DNA from: an uncultured Acidobacteriaceae bacterium
GTDB lineage: Bacteria; Acidobacteriota; Terriglobia; Terriglobales; Acidobacteriaceae
Direction: 5' to 3'
Assembly (NCBI GenBank): GCA_963843625.1
Contig: CAWJLK010000004.1
Span: 30,255-94,254 of the forward strand
DNA length: 64,000 bases
The translations under genes were made by a program, and so were the position numbers. Positions 1-11,050 of the stretch are shown here, piece by piece. Within the stretch, counting starts at the first letter, position 1, and the number at the start of each line of letters is the position of its first letter. The notes beneath the pieces are model-generated. The model saw only the letters and a program-made list of their open reading frames with translations. It was not told the DNA's origin and did not search any database.

Positions 1-28
1 TCCGGGACGCATCATCGCACGTCTTCGC

Positions 29-1387
<1,359 letters not shown>

Positions 1388-1579
1388 CGCTGAAGATAGG
1401 TTACCAGCCACCGCCGCTTTTTGCGCCGACGGGGCGCCTCACGGTAAGCGCGTCGACGGCTCGATCAGATTGAAAGCGCCAGCGCGCTCCCGGCCCTTGA
1501 TAGAGGCAGTTGGCAGTCTCAGACGAAATTACCAGCCGTTCCTGGCTGTCAGTATCAGACCGTTTTTATCCAGAAGGCT

Positions 1580-1606
1580 GAAACTGAGGCCTGCGCGTGT
1601 CGATAA
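1580..1606 (+). promoter_or_regulatory. Sigma-28 (FliA/WhiG)-type promoter, copy 1
   Basis: GAAA(1580-83)-N15-GTCGATAA(1599-1606) against consensus TAAA-N15-GCCGATAA; same position as in copy 2. Confidence 0.6.
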
Positions 1607-1611
1607 GACAA

Positions 1612-1745
1612 CAGCACACACGAAGAATCCCTAAGTCAGCTTGTCACGTTCGCTAACCTGCGATGCAATCGTACAACTTGTCAAGGATCGGGCGTTTCAT
1701 CACGCCCCGCGAGAGTTGTGCCCGCTTATCAACGAAGGAGAAAGC
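1612..1745 (+). promoter_or_regulatory. Conserved structured 5' leader (candidate cis-regulatory RNA), copy 1
   Basis: Aligns with 3707-3840. Shared helices GCACA/TGTGC, TTGT(C)ACG/CGTACAA, TCGC/GCGA and GGGCG/CGCCC, then SD GAAGGAG. Confidence 0.5.
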
Positions 1746-1747
1746 AA

Positions 1748-2936
1748 ATGAAACGACTTTTTGTTGGCGCCATGGCGCTGGCTTTGGGGGCAATACCAGT
1801 GGCAGCGCAGAGCCTTGACGATCTGAATATTCAGATCCACGGCTACGCAACGCAAGGGCTTCTCTACACCACGCAGAACAACGTCTTCACTACCAATTCG
1901 AGCAACGGCAGTCCAGCTTGGACTGAGGCAGTGCTGAACATCAGTGCGCAACCTATACCCAAGCTGCGCGTCGCCGTTCAGGGCCGTTACTTCTTGCTCG
2001 GTAACTACGGCAACACCATCACGCTCGACTTTGCGTCGGCAGACTATAAGGCTAACGATAAGTTCGGCGTGCGCTTCGGCAAGGTGAAGATCCCTATGGG
2101 ACTGATGAACGAGACACAGGACATCGATCCTTCCTACATGTGGTCGCTTCTGCCGCAGAGCGTCTACGCGATCACCACCCGCAATTCCAGCCTCTCGCAG
2201 TTTGGCGGTGTAGCCTATGGCACTTTCAAGCTTGGTCAGAAACTTGGAAAGCTAGAATACCGTGGATGGAGTGGGGATATCGCAGTGGGTTCTGGCGACG
2301 GACTCTTCGTGAAAAACGCCGAAACCGGAACCACATTGCCCAACGGGTTGAGCGGAATGGAGAATGGCACGGCCCTCCATTGGATTACCCCACTGCCGGG
2401 TCTTATGGCCGGCGCTTCCTTCATGAGGCTCAACACCTGGAGCGATCCGCTCTCGGTCGGGTACGGCAAGTACCTGGGAACTGAAACCATCAATCCCGCC
2501 AATAAGCCAAACTACTTCGCTAAGTATGAAAAGGACAAGCTGATGGTGGCCACCGAGTACCAACGGTACACCGGCAGCGCCCTCGTGACACTGCCCAGCA
2601 CTCGGCACTCACGGAATCACCAAGTCCAAAATCGACAATCGTGGATGGTACGGGATGGCGAGCTACAAGATTACCGATAAGCTCACGGCTGGAGCTTACG
2701 ATAGTCAGTTCTTCGCTCACAAAACCGCGCTCGGCCCGCTCCGCTACTCGAAGGATTGGGTTTTATCTGGCCGTTACGATTTCAGCCAGTTTCTCTATGC
2801 AAAGGTAGAGCAGCATTTTATAGCCGGAACCAATCAGGATTACGACACCACAATGAATCCTTCGACAACGGCACTCCCAACAGGCCTCCACCCCACCTCG
2901 AAACTGACCATCCTCAAGGTTGGCGTCAGCTTCTAA
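1748..2936 (+). CDS. Outer-membrane beta-barrel (porin-like) protein, copy 1; one frameshift near 2600
   Basis: SD GAAGGAG, signal peptide MKRLFVGAMALALGAIPVAA, motifs IHGYATQG and LDFASADY..GVRFGKVK, amphipathic strands, C-terminal GVSF (terminal Phe). ORFs 1718..2680 and 2655..2936 join via GTHGITKSKIDNRGWYG. Confidence 0.75.
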
Positions 2937-2959
2937 CCCGGACGAAAGGAGAAATTGAA

Positions 2960-3379
2960 ATGAAGAAACTCATCTATGCATTCCTGCTTGTAGCGTGCGC
3001 ATCGATCTTCATCGTCCAGGCCAAGGCCCAGGTGATTGTGATCGCCAACTCCAGCGTAAAAGTCAGTGAGGTATCGAAGAGCGATCTCGTCGATGTCTTT
3101 ACCGGCGCTTCGACCTCTCTCAAAGGCAACCACGTGACGCCTGTTCTGCTCGTGGAGAGCGTTCACCACGAACTGTTTCTGAGAACGTACATTTCCAAAA
3201 GCAACGGTCCCTTCCAGAGCGGATGGAAAAGCCTGGTCTTTTCCGGGCAGGCTTCGATGCCCAAGTCTCTTCCAAACGATACAGCGGTCGTCGAGTTTGT
3301 GAAGAGCAATCAAGGCGCCATAGGCTACATTGACAATGGAACGCCCCACAGTGGCGCCAACGTCATAACTGTAAAATGA
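2960..3379 (+). CDS. Small secreted PstS-like (periplasmic binding protein type II-like) protein, copy 1
   Basis: SD AAAGGAG, signal peptide, motifs VIVIAN, DLVDVFTG, W..LVFSG, D.AVVEFV...GAIGYID; 139 aa. Confidence 0.75.
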   Translation: MKKLIYAFLLVACASIFIVQAKAQVIVIANSSVKVSEVSKSDLVDVFTGASTSLKGNHVTPVLLVESVHHELFLRTYISKSNGPFQSGWKSLVFSGQASMPKSLPNDTAVVEFVKSNQGAIGYIDNGTPHSGANVITVK

Positions 3380-3403
3380 TCCACCAACTGTAAAATGATC
3401 CAC
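3367..3403 (+). repeat. 18-bp tandem duplication spanning the stop codon
   Basis: AACTGTAAAATGATCCAC at 3367-3384 and 3386-3403. Confidence 0.85.
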
Positions 3404-3416
3404 TAATTGTACTGAT

Positions 3417-3461
3417 AAACAGGCAAGGCGAGAATCCTGGACCCTCTCGCCTTGCCTGTTT
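3417..3461 (+). terminator. Intrinsic terminator-like hairpin
   Basis: AAACAGGCAAGGCGAGA ... TCTCGCCTTGCCTGTTT, a 17-bp inverted repeat after module 1. Confidence 0.7.
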
Positions 3462-3675
3462 GAGTTATCTGCCGCTTCCGGCAACACAATAAAGTGCGCC
3501 GAATGACCGCAATTTTCCGCAAAACCTTCGTGACTGGCAAACGATTTATTTAAGAGCGGAGTGGGGTACGATATCCAGGCCGTGATCGGATCATAGGCCC
3601 CAGGGAGTGGCAATGAGAGACGGGGGTGTCAGCCATTCCTGGCCGTCAGTATTACACCTTTTTTGTCCAGAAGGC

Positions 3676-3702
3676 TAAACAGTGGCTTGCGCCTGCCGAT
3701 AG
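3676..3702 (+). promoter_or_regulatory. Sigma-28 (FliA/WhiG)-type promoter, copy 2
   Basis: TAAA(3676-79)-N15-GCCGATAG(3695-3702), a near-perfect match to the sigma-28 consensus. Confidence 0.72.
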
Positions 3703-3706
3703 GGCA

Positions 3707-3840
3707 ACAGCACAAGCAAAGAGTTCCTGAGCTATCTTGTCACGTTCGCAATCCTGCGATGCAACCGTGCAACTTGTCGGGGATAGAGCGGCTTTTTTGC
3801 TCCGAGTAGTTGTGCTCGGCAATGAGCGAAGGAGATTTTA
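3707..3840 (+). promoter_or_regulatory. Conserved structured 5' leader (candidate cis-regulatory RNA), copy 2
   Basis: AGCACAA(3709-15)/TTGTGCT(3810-16), TTGTCACG(3737-44)/CGTGCAA(3766-72), TCGC/GCGA, GAGC/GCTC; SD GAAGGAG. Confidence 0.5.
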
Positions 3841-3841
3841 G

Positions 3842-5092
3842 ATGAAGAGCATGTTTCGAAGAGGTCTTGCCGCGGGAACGCTCGCGGCTCTCACACTTTC
3901 GATCTGTCTGCACGCGCAGGAGATCAAGCTCGGATCGAAGACAGTGCAGGTGCACGGCTTTGGAACCCAGGGCTTTGTCCATACCAACGTTAACAACTGG
4001 CTGACTATGAACACTTCGAACGTGGGAAGTGGCGAGTTCACTGACTTCGGAGTCAATGCTTCGACACAGATCACCGATCGTTTCCGCGTTGGTGCACAGT
4101 TCTACGACCGAAATGTCGGGCAGTTGGGGAAGTGGCATCCGCAATTGGACTGGGCATATGCCGACTACAGATTCGCGCCTTGGCTGGGCGTTCGCGGCGG
4201 CAAAGTGAAGACTGTGTTGGGCCTCTATAACGACACGCAGGACGTAGACACTGCGCACACATTCGCTCTTCTCCCCCAGTCCGTCTATCCCACTGATATG
4301 CGGGACGCTACACTCGCCCATATAGGTGGAGACATCTACGGAACGATCAAGGCACAGAAGTTCGGCAAATTCTCCTATACGGGCTTCGTTGGTGATCAGT
4401 TGCAGAGCATTCATGGCGGGTATCCGTACCTGCTGCAGATCCACGGCATCTATATCGACAAATCCGGGGGACTGGCGTACGGGGGCGACCTGCGCTGGCA
4501 AACGCCGGTCAAGGGTCTGATGGCCGGTGTCTCCTATGAAGGCAATCACGTGCGGAATACCGGGCAACTCAACCCGTCAGTGGCACTGGGCGGGCCTAAT
4601 GTCTTGGTTCCCTATTGGGAGCAGTCCCGAAGCCAGTTCACCAAGACAATCTACGGCACGTACAGTCACGGAAACCTGCGCATCGATAGCGAATACAAGT
4701 ACTTCTGGCGCGATTTCACGATCTTCAACGGTGAGTTCCAGGCGCTTATTGGAACGCATGGCTGGTATCCATCGGCCGCGTATCGGGTGAATAAGTGGTT
4801 TGAGTTTGGCGGATACTACTCCCATTTCGATGAGAATTGGATCGTTACGGTTCCGGGTCAGGTCGAAGCCCCCAGCGTGAGCGATCCGTCCCGGCACATT
4901 TACGACAAGGTCATCACCGCACGCTTCGACCTGTACACCCACTGGTATGTGAAAGCGGAGGGCCACTTCATGGATGGCAACGCCGCAGGCAATAATCCAA
5001 TGTATCCCGACGGCTTCTATACGCAGGTCAACCCCCAAGGAATAAAACCGAACACCAACGCACTCGTAATCCGGTCTGGATTCAGCTTCTAG
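3842..5092 (+). CDS. Outer-membrane beta-barrel (porin-like) protein, copy 2
   Basis: Intact 416-aa ORF, signal peptide, VHGFGTQG, LDWAYADY..GVRGGKVK, LLPQSVY shared with copy 1, C-terminal GFSF. Confidence 0.8.
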   Translation: MKSMFRRGLAAGTLAALTLSICLHAQEIKLGSKTVQVHGFGTQGFVHTNVNNWLTMNTSNVGSGEFTDFGVNASTQITDRFRVGAQFYDRNVGQLGKWHPQLDWAYADYRFAPWLGVRGGKVKTVLGLYNDTQDVDTAHTFALLPQSVYPTDMRDATLAHIGGDIYGTIKAQKFGKFSYTGFVGDQLQSIHGGYPYLLQIHGIYIDKSGGLAYGGDLRWQTPVKGLMAGVSYEGNHVRNTGQLNPSVALGGPNVLVPYWEQSRSQFTKTIYGTYSHGNLRIDSEYKYFWRDFTIFNGEFQALIGTHGWYPSAAYRVNKWFEFGGYYSHFDENWIVTVPGQVEAPSVSDPSRHIYDKVITARFDLYTHWYVKAEGHFMDGNAAGNNPMYPDGFYTQVNPQGIKPNTNALVIRSGFSF

Positions 5093-5106
5093 AAAGGAGG
5101 CTCATC

Positions 5107-5526
5107 ATGAAAAAGTTTCTGTTTACATTCTGCGTGATTCTCGGGTCTCTGGCTCTGGCGGCAAGGACCCAGGCTCAAATCATCGTGATCGCCAACTCCA
5201 GCGTGAAGGTAAGCGAGGTATCGAAGAGTGATCTCGTCGATGTCTTTACCGGCGCTTCGACCGCTCTCAAAGGCAGCCACGTGACACCGGTTCTGCTCGT
5301 GGAGAGCGTTCACCACGAACTGTTTCTGAGAACGTACATTTCCAAAAGCAACGGTCCCTTCCAGAGCGGATGGAAAAGCCTGGTCTTTTCCGGGCAGGCT
5401 TCGATGCCCAAGTCTCTTCCAAACGATGCAGCGGTCGTCGAGTTTGTGAAGGCCACCCAAGGCGCCATTGGCTACATCGACAATGGGACGCCCCACAGCG
5501 GCGTCAACGTTCTGACCGTGAAGTGA
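5107..5526 (+). CDS. Small secreted PstS-like protein, copy 2
   Basis: 139-aa ORF with SD AAAGGAGG; mature region nearly identical to 2960..3379. Confidence 0.78.
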   Translation: MKKFLFTFCVILGSLALAARTQAQIIVIANSSVKVSEVSKSDLVDVFTGASTALKGSHVTPVLLVESVHHELFLRTYISKSNGPFQSGWKSLVFSGQASMPKSLPNDAAVVEFVKATQGAIGYIDNGTPHSGVNVLTVK

Positions 5527-5586
5527 GATCTATCTACGCTGGTGGGGATCAAGGCCGATATTGAGCTGTCATTCCTTGCCTGCTTT

Positions 5587-5700
5587 TAGAGCATTTTCGG
5601 ATCTACTGTAGACTTCCGTGCCCCATCCATTCCGCTTTTCGCTGCGGAATGGGTGGGAAACCTACGAACTTTCGGTCTACACAATTCCCAAAAATGCTAG
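5587..5700. repeat. MITE/REPIN-like element with AGCATTTT/AAAATGCT terminal inverted repeats and an internal REP hairpin
   Basis: Its reverse complement matches 54370-54523. Internal GTGCCCCATCCATTCCGC...GCGGAATGGGTGGG hairpin. Confidence 0.8.
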
Positions 5701-5737
5701 TTGATCTTCTTTCGCTGGCAAATGTACGAGCTACGGC

Positions 5738-5773
5738 GGGTGCTCACACTTCGCGTTAGTTGCGAAGGGTGGG
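5738..5773. repeat. REP-like hairpin (GTGCCC..GGGTGGG family)
   Basis: GGGTGCTCACACTTCGCG..TGCGAAGGGTGGG, same family as 11132, 15772, 27378 and 29462. Confidence 0.55.
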
Positions 5774-6175
5774 CGCCACGATCTCATCCAGCTTTCGCTC
5801 GCCACGATTCCCGAAGGGCCGCTGGCCCAATCGCAGGTGGTTGCAGATAATTACCCGCCGTCAGCGCACAATTGAACGATGAACAATATTCAGAAGAGCA
5901 AGCCGTCACTGTCCAAGGTCCAATCTGTCAGGCATGTCCCCGGTCCGAAATGACGGCCATCCGACCGGTCTATACCACCGAAAGATGCCACCCCCCTACC
6001 CGGAAAGTGCCCTGAATTCGAGGCATCCTCTGCCTCACGAGAGAGAGTAAGATGCTTTATTTCAAACACATATAGGCAACAACCAGAGAAGGTCATGTTA
6101 TCTTAACGGTAAGTAGAAACCCCTGAAAAACCCCTCTTTTGGGGGCGAAATCGAGCAGAAAACCATCAAAATCGA

Positions 6176-7263
6176 TCAAAATCCCACCATCACCGGCTCC
6201 ATCTCCAGCCGAATTCCAAAGCGGCCCTCGACAGCGTCAGCAATCTTCCCGGCCAGCGCCAGAATCTCCGCTCCACTCGCGCCGCCCAGATTGACCAGCG
6301 CCAGCGTGTGCCGCGAAGAGATTCCCGCATTCCCAAGCCTGGTCCCTTCGCGAATCCAGCCTGCTCGATCAGCCAGGCAGCGGGCACCTTGACCTTGCCC
6401 AGATTCTCCGCGCCCGATCCAGCTGGAAAACGCGGCGGCGCCATCTTGTTTGAACCAGCAGCCGCACTCACAGCCGCAATCTGCTGAAGCTGCTCCTCGC
6501 TCACCACAGGATTCTTGAAGAAGCTGCCCGCGCTGCGGCAATCCGGGATCGCCCTCGACCAGCAGCATTCCCTTCGCTGGCGAATGCGCCGCACGCCGCG
6601 GCAACTTCGGCCAGAGTCGCTTCGCTGCCCTCTGCCAGTCCTTCGGCAATCGCCCGCTGCAGACTCCGCGTAGCGCACGGTGGGCGCGCCGCCTGGCGTG
6701 AGCCGGTAATCCACGCGCGTCACGACATAGCGCCCGCGATCCGTCGAGTTGAACCGGCTGCGCCGATACGCAAAGCCGCACTCGGCCGCCGCGAACTCGA
6801 CGAACGCGTGCTCCAGCAGATCAAAGGCCCGCACGCGCTCGATCGCCGAAGCCACCTCCTGCCCATACGCGCCCACATTCTGCACCGGCGTCCCGCCCAC
6901 CGTGCCCGGAATCCCCGCCAGGCACTCCACTCCGGCGCAGTTATCCTCAACGGTCCGCTGCACGAAGTGCTCCCAATCCTCGCCCGCCGCAACGCGATAA
7001 ATCCTCTGGCCATCGCCATCCGACGACTCTGACACTTCAATCCCGCGCAAGCCCACGCGCAGCACCAGCCCATCGAATCCCGCGTCGGCGACCAGCAGGT
7101 TGCTGCCTCCGCCCAGCACAAAGAGCGGGACGCCGCGCTCGCGCGCCCAAGCGGCGGCTTCGGCAATCTCGCTCTTCGGTCGGGCCTCGACAAACCACCG
7201 CGCCGGCCCGCCGATGCCAAGAGTCGTGAAGGGCGCAAGCGGCTTGTTTTCTTCGATGAGCAT
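6176..7263 (-). CDS. murB: UDP-N-acetylmuramate dehydrogenase; frameshifted in the 3' half
   Basis: [76 protein letters not shown]. Confidence 0.93.
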
Positions 7264-7337
7264 CGGCTTCAAGGCTACATCACGCGCATTCACGCGATAG
7301 AATAGGTGCAGGCAACTTCCCTTGCCGGAGGCGAACA

Positions 7338-7764
7338 ATGTATCCAGAATTGATGGTGATTCCCATGCGCGAGGAACTCGTGCGCGCTGGAATCAAGGAA
7401 ACCCGAACCGCCGAAGAAGTCGACGCGGCGCTGGCCCAGCCGGGCACAACCCTGTTGGTCGTCAACTCCATCTGCGGCTGCGCGGCGGGCAAGATGCGCC
7501 CCGGCGTCGCATGGCGCTCGCCAACTCCGCCAACCAGCCCGACCACAAGATCACCGTCTTTGCCGGCCAGGACCGCGAAGCCACCGAGCGCGCCCGCAGC
7601 TACTTTGAGGGCAATCCGCCCAGTTCGCCCGCCGTCGCCATCCTGCGCGACGGCAAGCTGGTCTACCTGATGCAGCGCTTCGTCATCGAGCAGTCCACCG
7701 CGCAGCAGATCGCCGGCGAACTGGTCGCGCCTTCGACGAGTTCTGCGCCAAGACACCGGCGTAA
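7338..7764 (+). CDS. BrxA/BrxB-family bacilliredoxin (YphP/YqiW, CGC motif); two frameshifts
   Basis: MYPE.MV.PMREEL, VVNSICGCAAG, TVFAGQDREAT..AR.YF, PPSSP.VA; corrected C-terminus ...AFDEFCAKTPA*. Confidence 0.88.
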
Positions 7765-7788
7765 GACGAGCATCCTCAGATCTCAACG

Positions 7789-7820
7789 CAAAACGGCCTC
7801 CCGTATGGGAGGCCGTTTTT
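7789..7820. terminator. Bidirectional intrinsic terminator between convergent genes
   Basis: AAAACGGCCTCCC-GTAT-GGGAGGCCGTTTTT. Confidence 0.8.
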
Positions 7821-7850
7821 GCTATTCCTGCAATTGCGTTGCTCGATCAG

Positions 7851-9386
7851 TCACCCTCTGCGCCATCTGGCAGCTGCCTGCACCTTGCTGTGCTTGATCG
7901 AGTAGCTGAAGTAGATCACCAGGCCGACGAGCAGCCAGCCGATCATCACCGCCCAGGTAATCAGCGGCAGGTTGCTCATCAGGTAGAGCGCCGAGATGAT
8001 GCCCAGAATCGGCACCAGCGGCACAAGCGGCGTCTTGAACGGCCGCTGCAGGTCCGGATGCCGCACGCGCAGAACCCACACGCCGGCGCACACGATGGTG
8101 AAGGCCAGCAGCGTGCCGATGTTCACCAGCTCGGCAAGCCTGTCGATCGGCAGAAACGCCGGCAGGATGGCCACGAAAGCGCCCAACGACGATCGTCGTG
8201 ATCCACGGCGTGCGGAACTTCGGATGAATCGCCGAAGCCCACTTCGGCAGCAGGCCGTCCCGCGACATCGAGAAGAAGACGCGCGACTGGCCCAGCAGCA
8301 TCACCAGCATCACCGTCGCCAGCCCGAAGACCGCGCCGATCTTCACCAGCAGCGAGCCCCAACTGACGCCGGTTGCATCGATGCCCACCGCCACCGGATC
8401 GGCCACATTCAGCGTCTTGTAGCTCACCAGGCCGGTGAGCACCAGCGAAACCAGGATGTAGAGAATGGTGCAGATCACCAGCGAGCCGAGGATGCCGATC
8501 GGCATGTCCCGCTGCGGATTCTTCGCCTCCTGCGCCGCCGTCGAGACCGCGTCGAAGCCGATATAGGCAAAGAAGATCGACGCCGCGCCGTCGGAATGCC
8601 GCCCCAGCCGAAGTTGCCGTGCCCGTCCGGCGGCGGAATGAAGGGATGCCAGTTCATCCGCGCCAGCTCCGGATGCTGAATGAGAAAGTAGCCGCCCAGC
8701 ACCAGGAAGATGCCCACGACGCCCAGCTTGACGATCACGATCGCCGAGTTGAAGTTGGCCGACTCCTTGATGCCGATGACCAGAACCGTGGTGATCAGCG
8801 AGGATCACCAGAATCGCCACCAGATTGAAGATGCCCGTCGCATGCGGCAGACCCGCGTCGCGTCGGTTCCAGGCGGCAGCGACAGTCAGCGGCAGCCACT
8901 GCTCGTGATAGAAGACCAGCACCGTGCCTGGTGGTCGCCGTCAGCTGCGGCGGAATGTAGATATGCAACTGCTGCAGCAGGCTGATGAAGTAGCCCGCCC
9001 AGCCGGAGGCAACCGTCGCCGCGCCAAAGGCGTACTCCAGGCACAGGTCCCAGCCGATGATCCAGGCCACAAGTTCGCCCAGCGTCGCGTAGCCATAGGT
9101 GTAGGCCGAGCCGGCGATGGGAATGATGGAGGCGAACTCCGCGTAGCAGAGCCCGGCAAAGGCGCAGGTGATGCCCGCCAGCACAAAGCTCAGCGCCACC
9201 GCCGGCCCGGCGTGCAAGGCCGCGGCCTGACCGGTGAGCACAAAGATGCCCGCGCCGATGATGGCGCCGATGCCCAGCGTGATCAGGTTCAGCGCGCCCA
9301 GCGAGCGCTTGAGCGTGTGCTCGCCCTGCTTCACCGGCTTCTTGCGAGAGCATCGACATCGGTTTGATACGAAGCAGTCTGGACAT
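7851..9386 (-). CDS. APC-superfamily amino acid permease (cationic amino acid transporter-like); several frameshifts
   Basis: LGIGAIIGAGIFVLTG, GSAYTY, IGWDL.LEY, FFAYIGFDAVSTAAQEAKNPQR, LVNIGTL, RPFKTP. Confidence 0.9.
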
Positions 9387-9445
9387 GAATGAGGGACTTC
9401 CTCCTCAGCGGTTGGTACCGGACTGAGTTCATCGTCTGGACTGGC

Positions 9446-10998
9446 TCACGAGCGCCGCGACCAGAAGAGATAAACCGGAATCCCGAGCAGAACCAGCACC
9501 AGGCCCGGCCAGGTGTACTGGGGCTTGTATCGCAATAATACGATACAAATCCATGCCGCCATCACGATATAGAGCGCCGGCAGCACCGGATAGCCCAGCG
9601 CCTTGTAGGGCCGCGGCGCATCCGGCCGCTTGAAGCGCAGCACAAACAGCCCGACGATGGTCAGAATGTAAAACACCAGCACCGCGAAGATGATGTAGTC
9701 GAGCAACTGGCTGTAGGAGCCGGAAACGCAGAGCAGCGTGGTCCAGCACGCCTGCACCAGCAGTCCCGCCGCCGGCGTCTTGTAGCGCGGATGCAGCTTG
9801 CCGACGGACTTGAAGAACAGCCCGTCCTGGCTCATGGCGTAGTAGACGCGCGCCCCGGCCAGCGTCAGCCCGTTGGCGCAGCCGAAGGTCGAAATCAGAA
9901 TCGCCGCCGCCATCAGGTACGCGCCGCCGGAGTGGAAGATCTGCGCCGAGCGCCGCCGTCGCCACGCGATCCTCCGTGGCATATTGAATGCCGCGCGCCA
10001 GCACCGTCGCGCCGTGCGGATCGCCGTGCATGGGCAGCACCAGCATGTAGCCCAGCGAGGCCAGGAAATAGACCGTCAGCACAAAGCCCGTGCCCAGCAC
10101 CAGCGAGAGCGGAATGTTGCGCTTGGGATTCTTCACCTCGCCGGCCGTGAAGGTGATGTTGTTCCATGCATCGGCCGAGAACAGCGAGCCCACCTGCACC
10201 ACGGCCAGAATCACCAGCAGATTCACCAGCACCATCGGCCCGCCGACGCCCACCTGCACCGGATGCAGCGAACTCCAGCCGGCATTCTGCCAGAACTCGC
10301 TCCAGCCCGCGCCGAAGTTGGCCTTCCAGGCCGTTGCATTGCGCCCCACCGTGAAGGCCAGCAGAATCAGCGCCGGCCAGCGACAGCGCCTTGGCCGAGG
10401 TGAAGACGTTCTGGATCAGCGCGCCCAGCTTCACGCCGAAGATATTCACGATGGCCAGAAAGATGACGATGACAATGCCGGTCAGGTTGGCCGTGTTCAC
10501 GCCGATCTCCATGTTGCCCAGCACCATCGGCCCCACTCGGATCGGCGGCACATGCGCGATGTGCCAGAGCCAGTGCGTGGTCGAAATCGCTGGGAAAAAC
10601 ACGCCGAGAAACTTGCCGAACGCCACGCAGACCGCGGCGATGGTTCCCGTCTGGATCACCAGGAACAGCGTCCAGCCGTAGAGAAATCCCCACAGCGGCC
10701 CCAGCGACTCGCGCAGGTAGACATACTGCCCGCCGGCCTTGGGCATCATGGCCGCCAGCTCGCCGTAGCTCAGCGCGCCGATCATGGTCATAACGGCCGT
10801 CACCACCCACGCGCCCAGGAAGAGCGCCGGCGAGTTGGTGCCGCGCGCAATGTCCGCATCGACAATGAAGATGCCCGAGCCGATCATGGAGCCGACCACA
10901 AGCGCGGTGGAGCTGAAAAGGCCAAGGCTCTGCACCAGCCGCGGAGCGTCAGTGGAAGCATCGGACAAAAGATTAGGGTTGGGGCTCGAGGTCGTCAC
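9446..10998 (-). CDS. APC-superfamily amino acid permease (LAT-like); frameshifted
   Basis: VGSMIGSGIF, YGELAAMMPKAGGQYVYL, FLYGW, DAWNNITFTAGEVKNPKRNIP, RPYKALGYP. Confidence 0.9.
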
Positions 10999-11050
10999 TT
11001 AGGAAAAGTATGGTCGAACAAGGTTGCCGCTGTCTTGCCTTTTCTCAAAA

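Noticed and set aside
1612-1745. Known riboswitch (c-di-GMP-I, TPP, SAM, cobalamin) in the porin leader
   Set aside because: The signature motifs of these families were not found by eye; kept only as an unclassified candidate.
2933-5496. Antisense ORFs 2933..3613, 3740..4567 and 5089..5496 with shared sequence
   Set aside because: Shadows of the duplicated plus-strand genes.
11025-11040. Minus-strand GG-N10-GC as a sigma-54 promoter for the permeases
   Set aside because: Poor -12 context and too close to the palindrome array.
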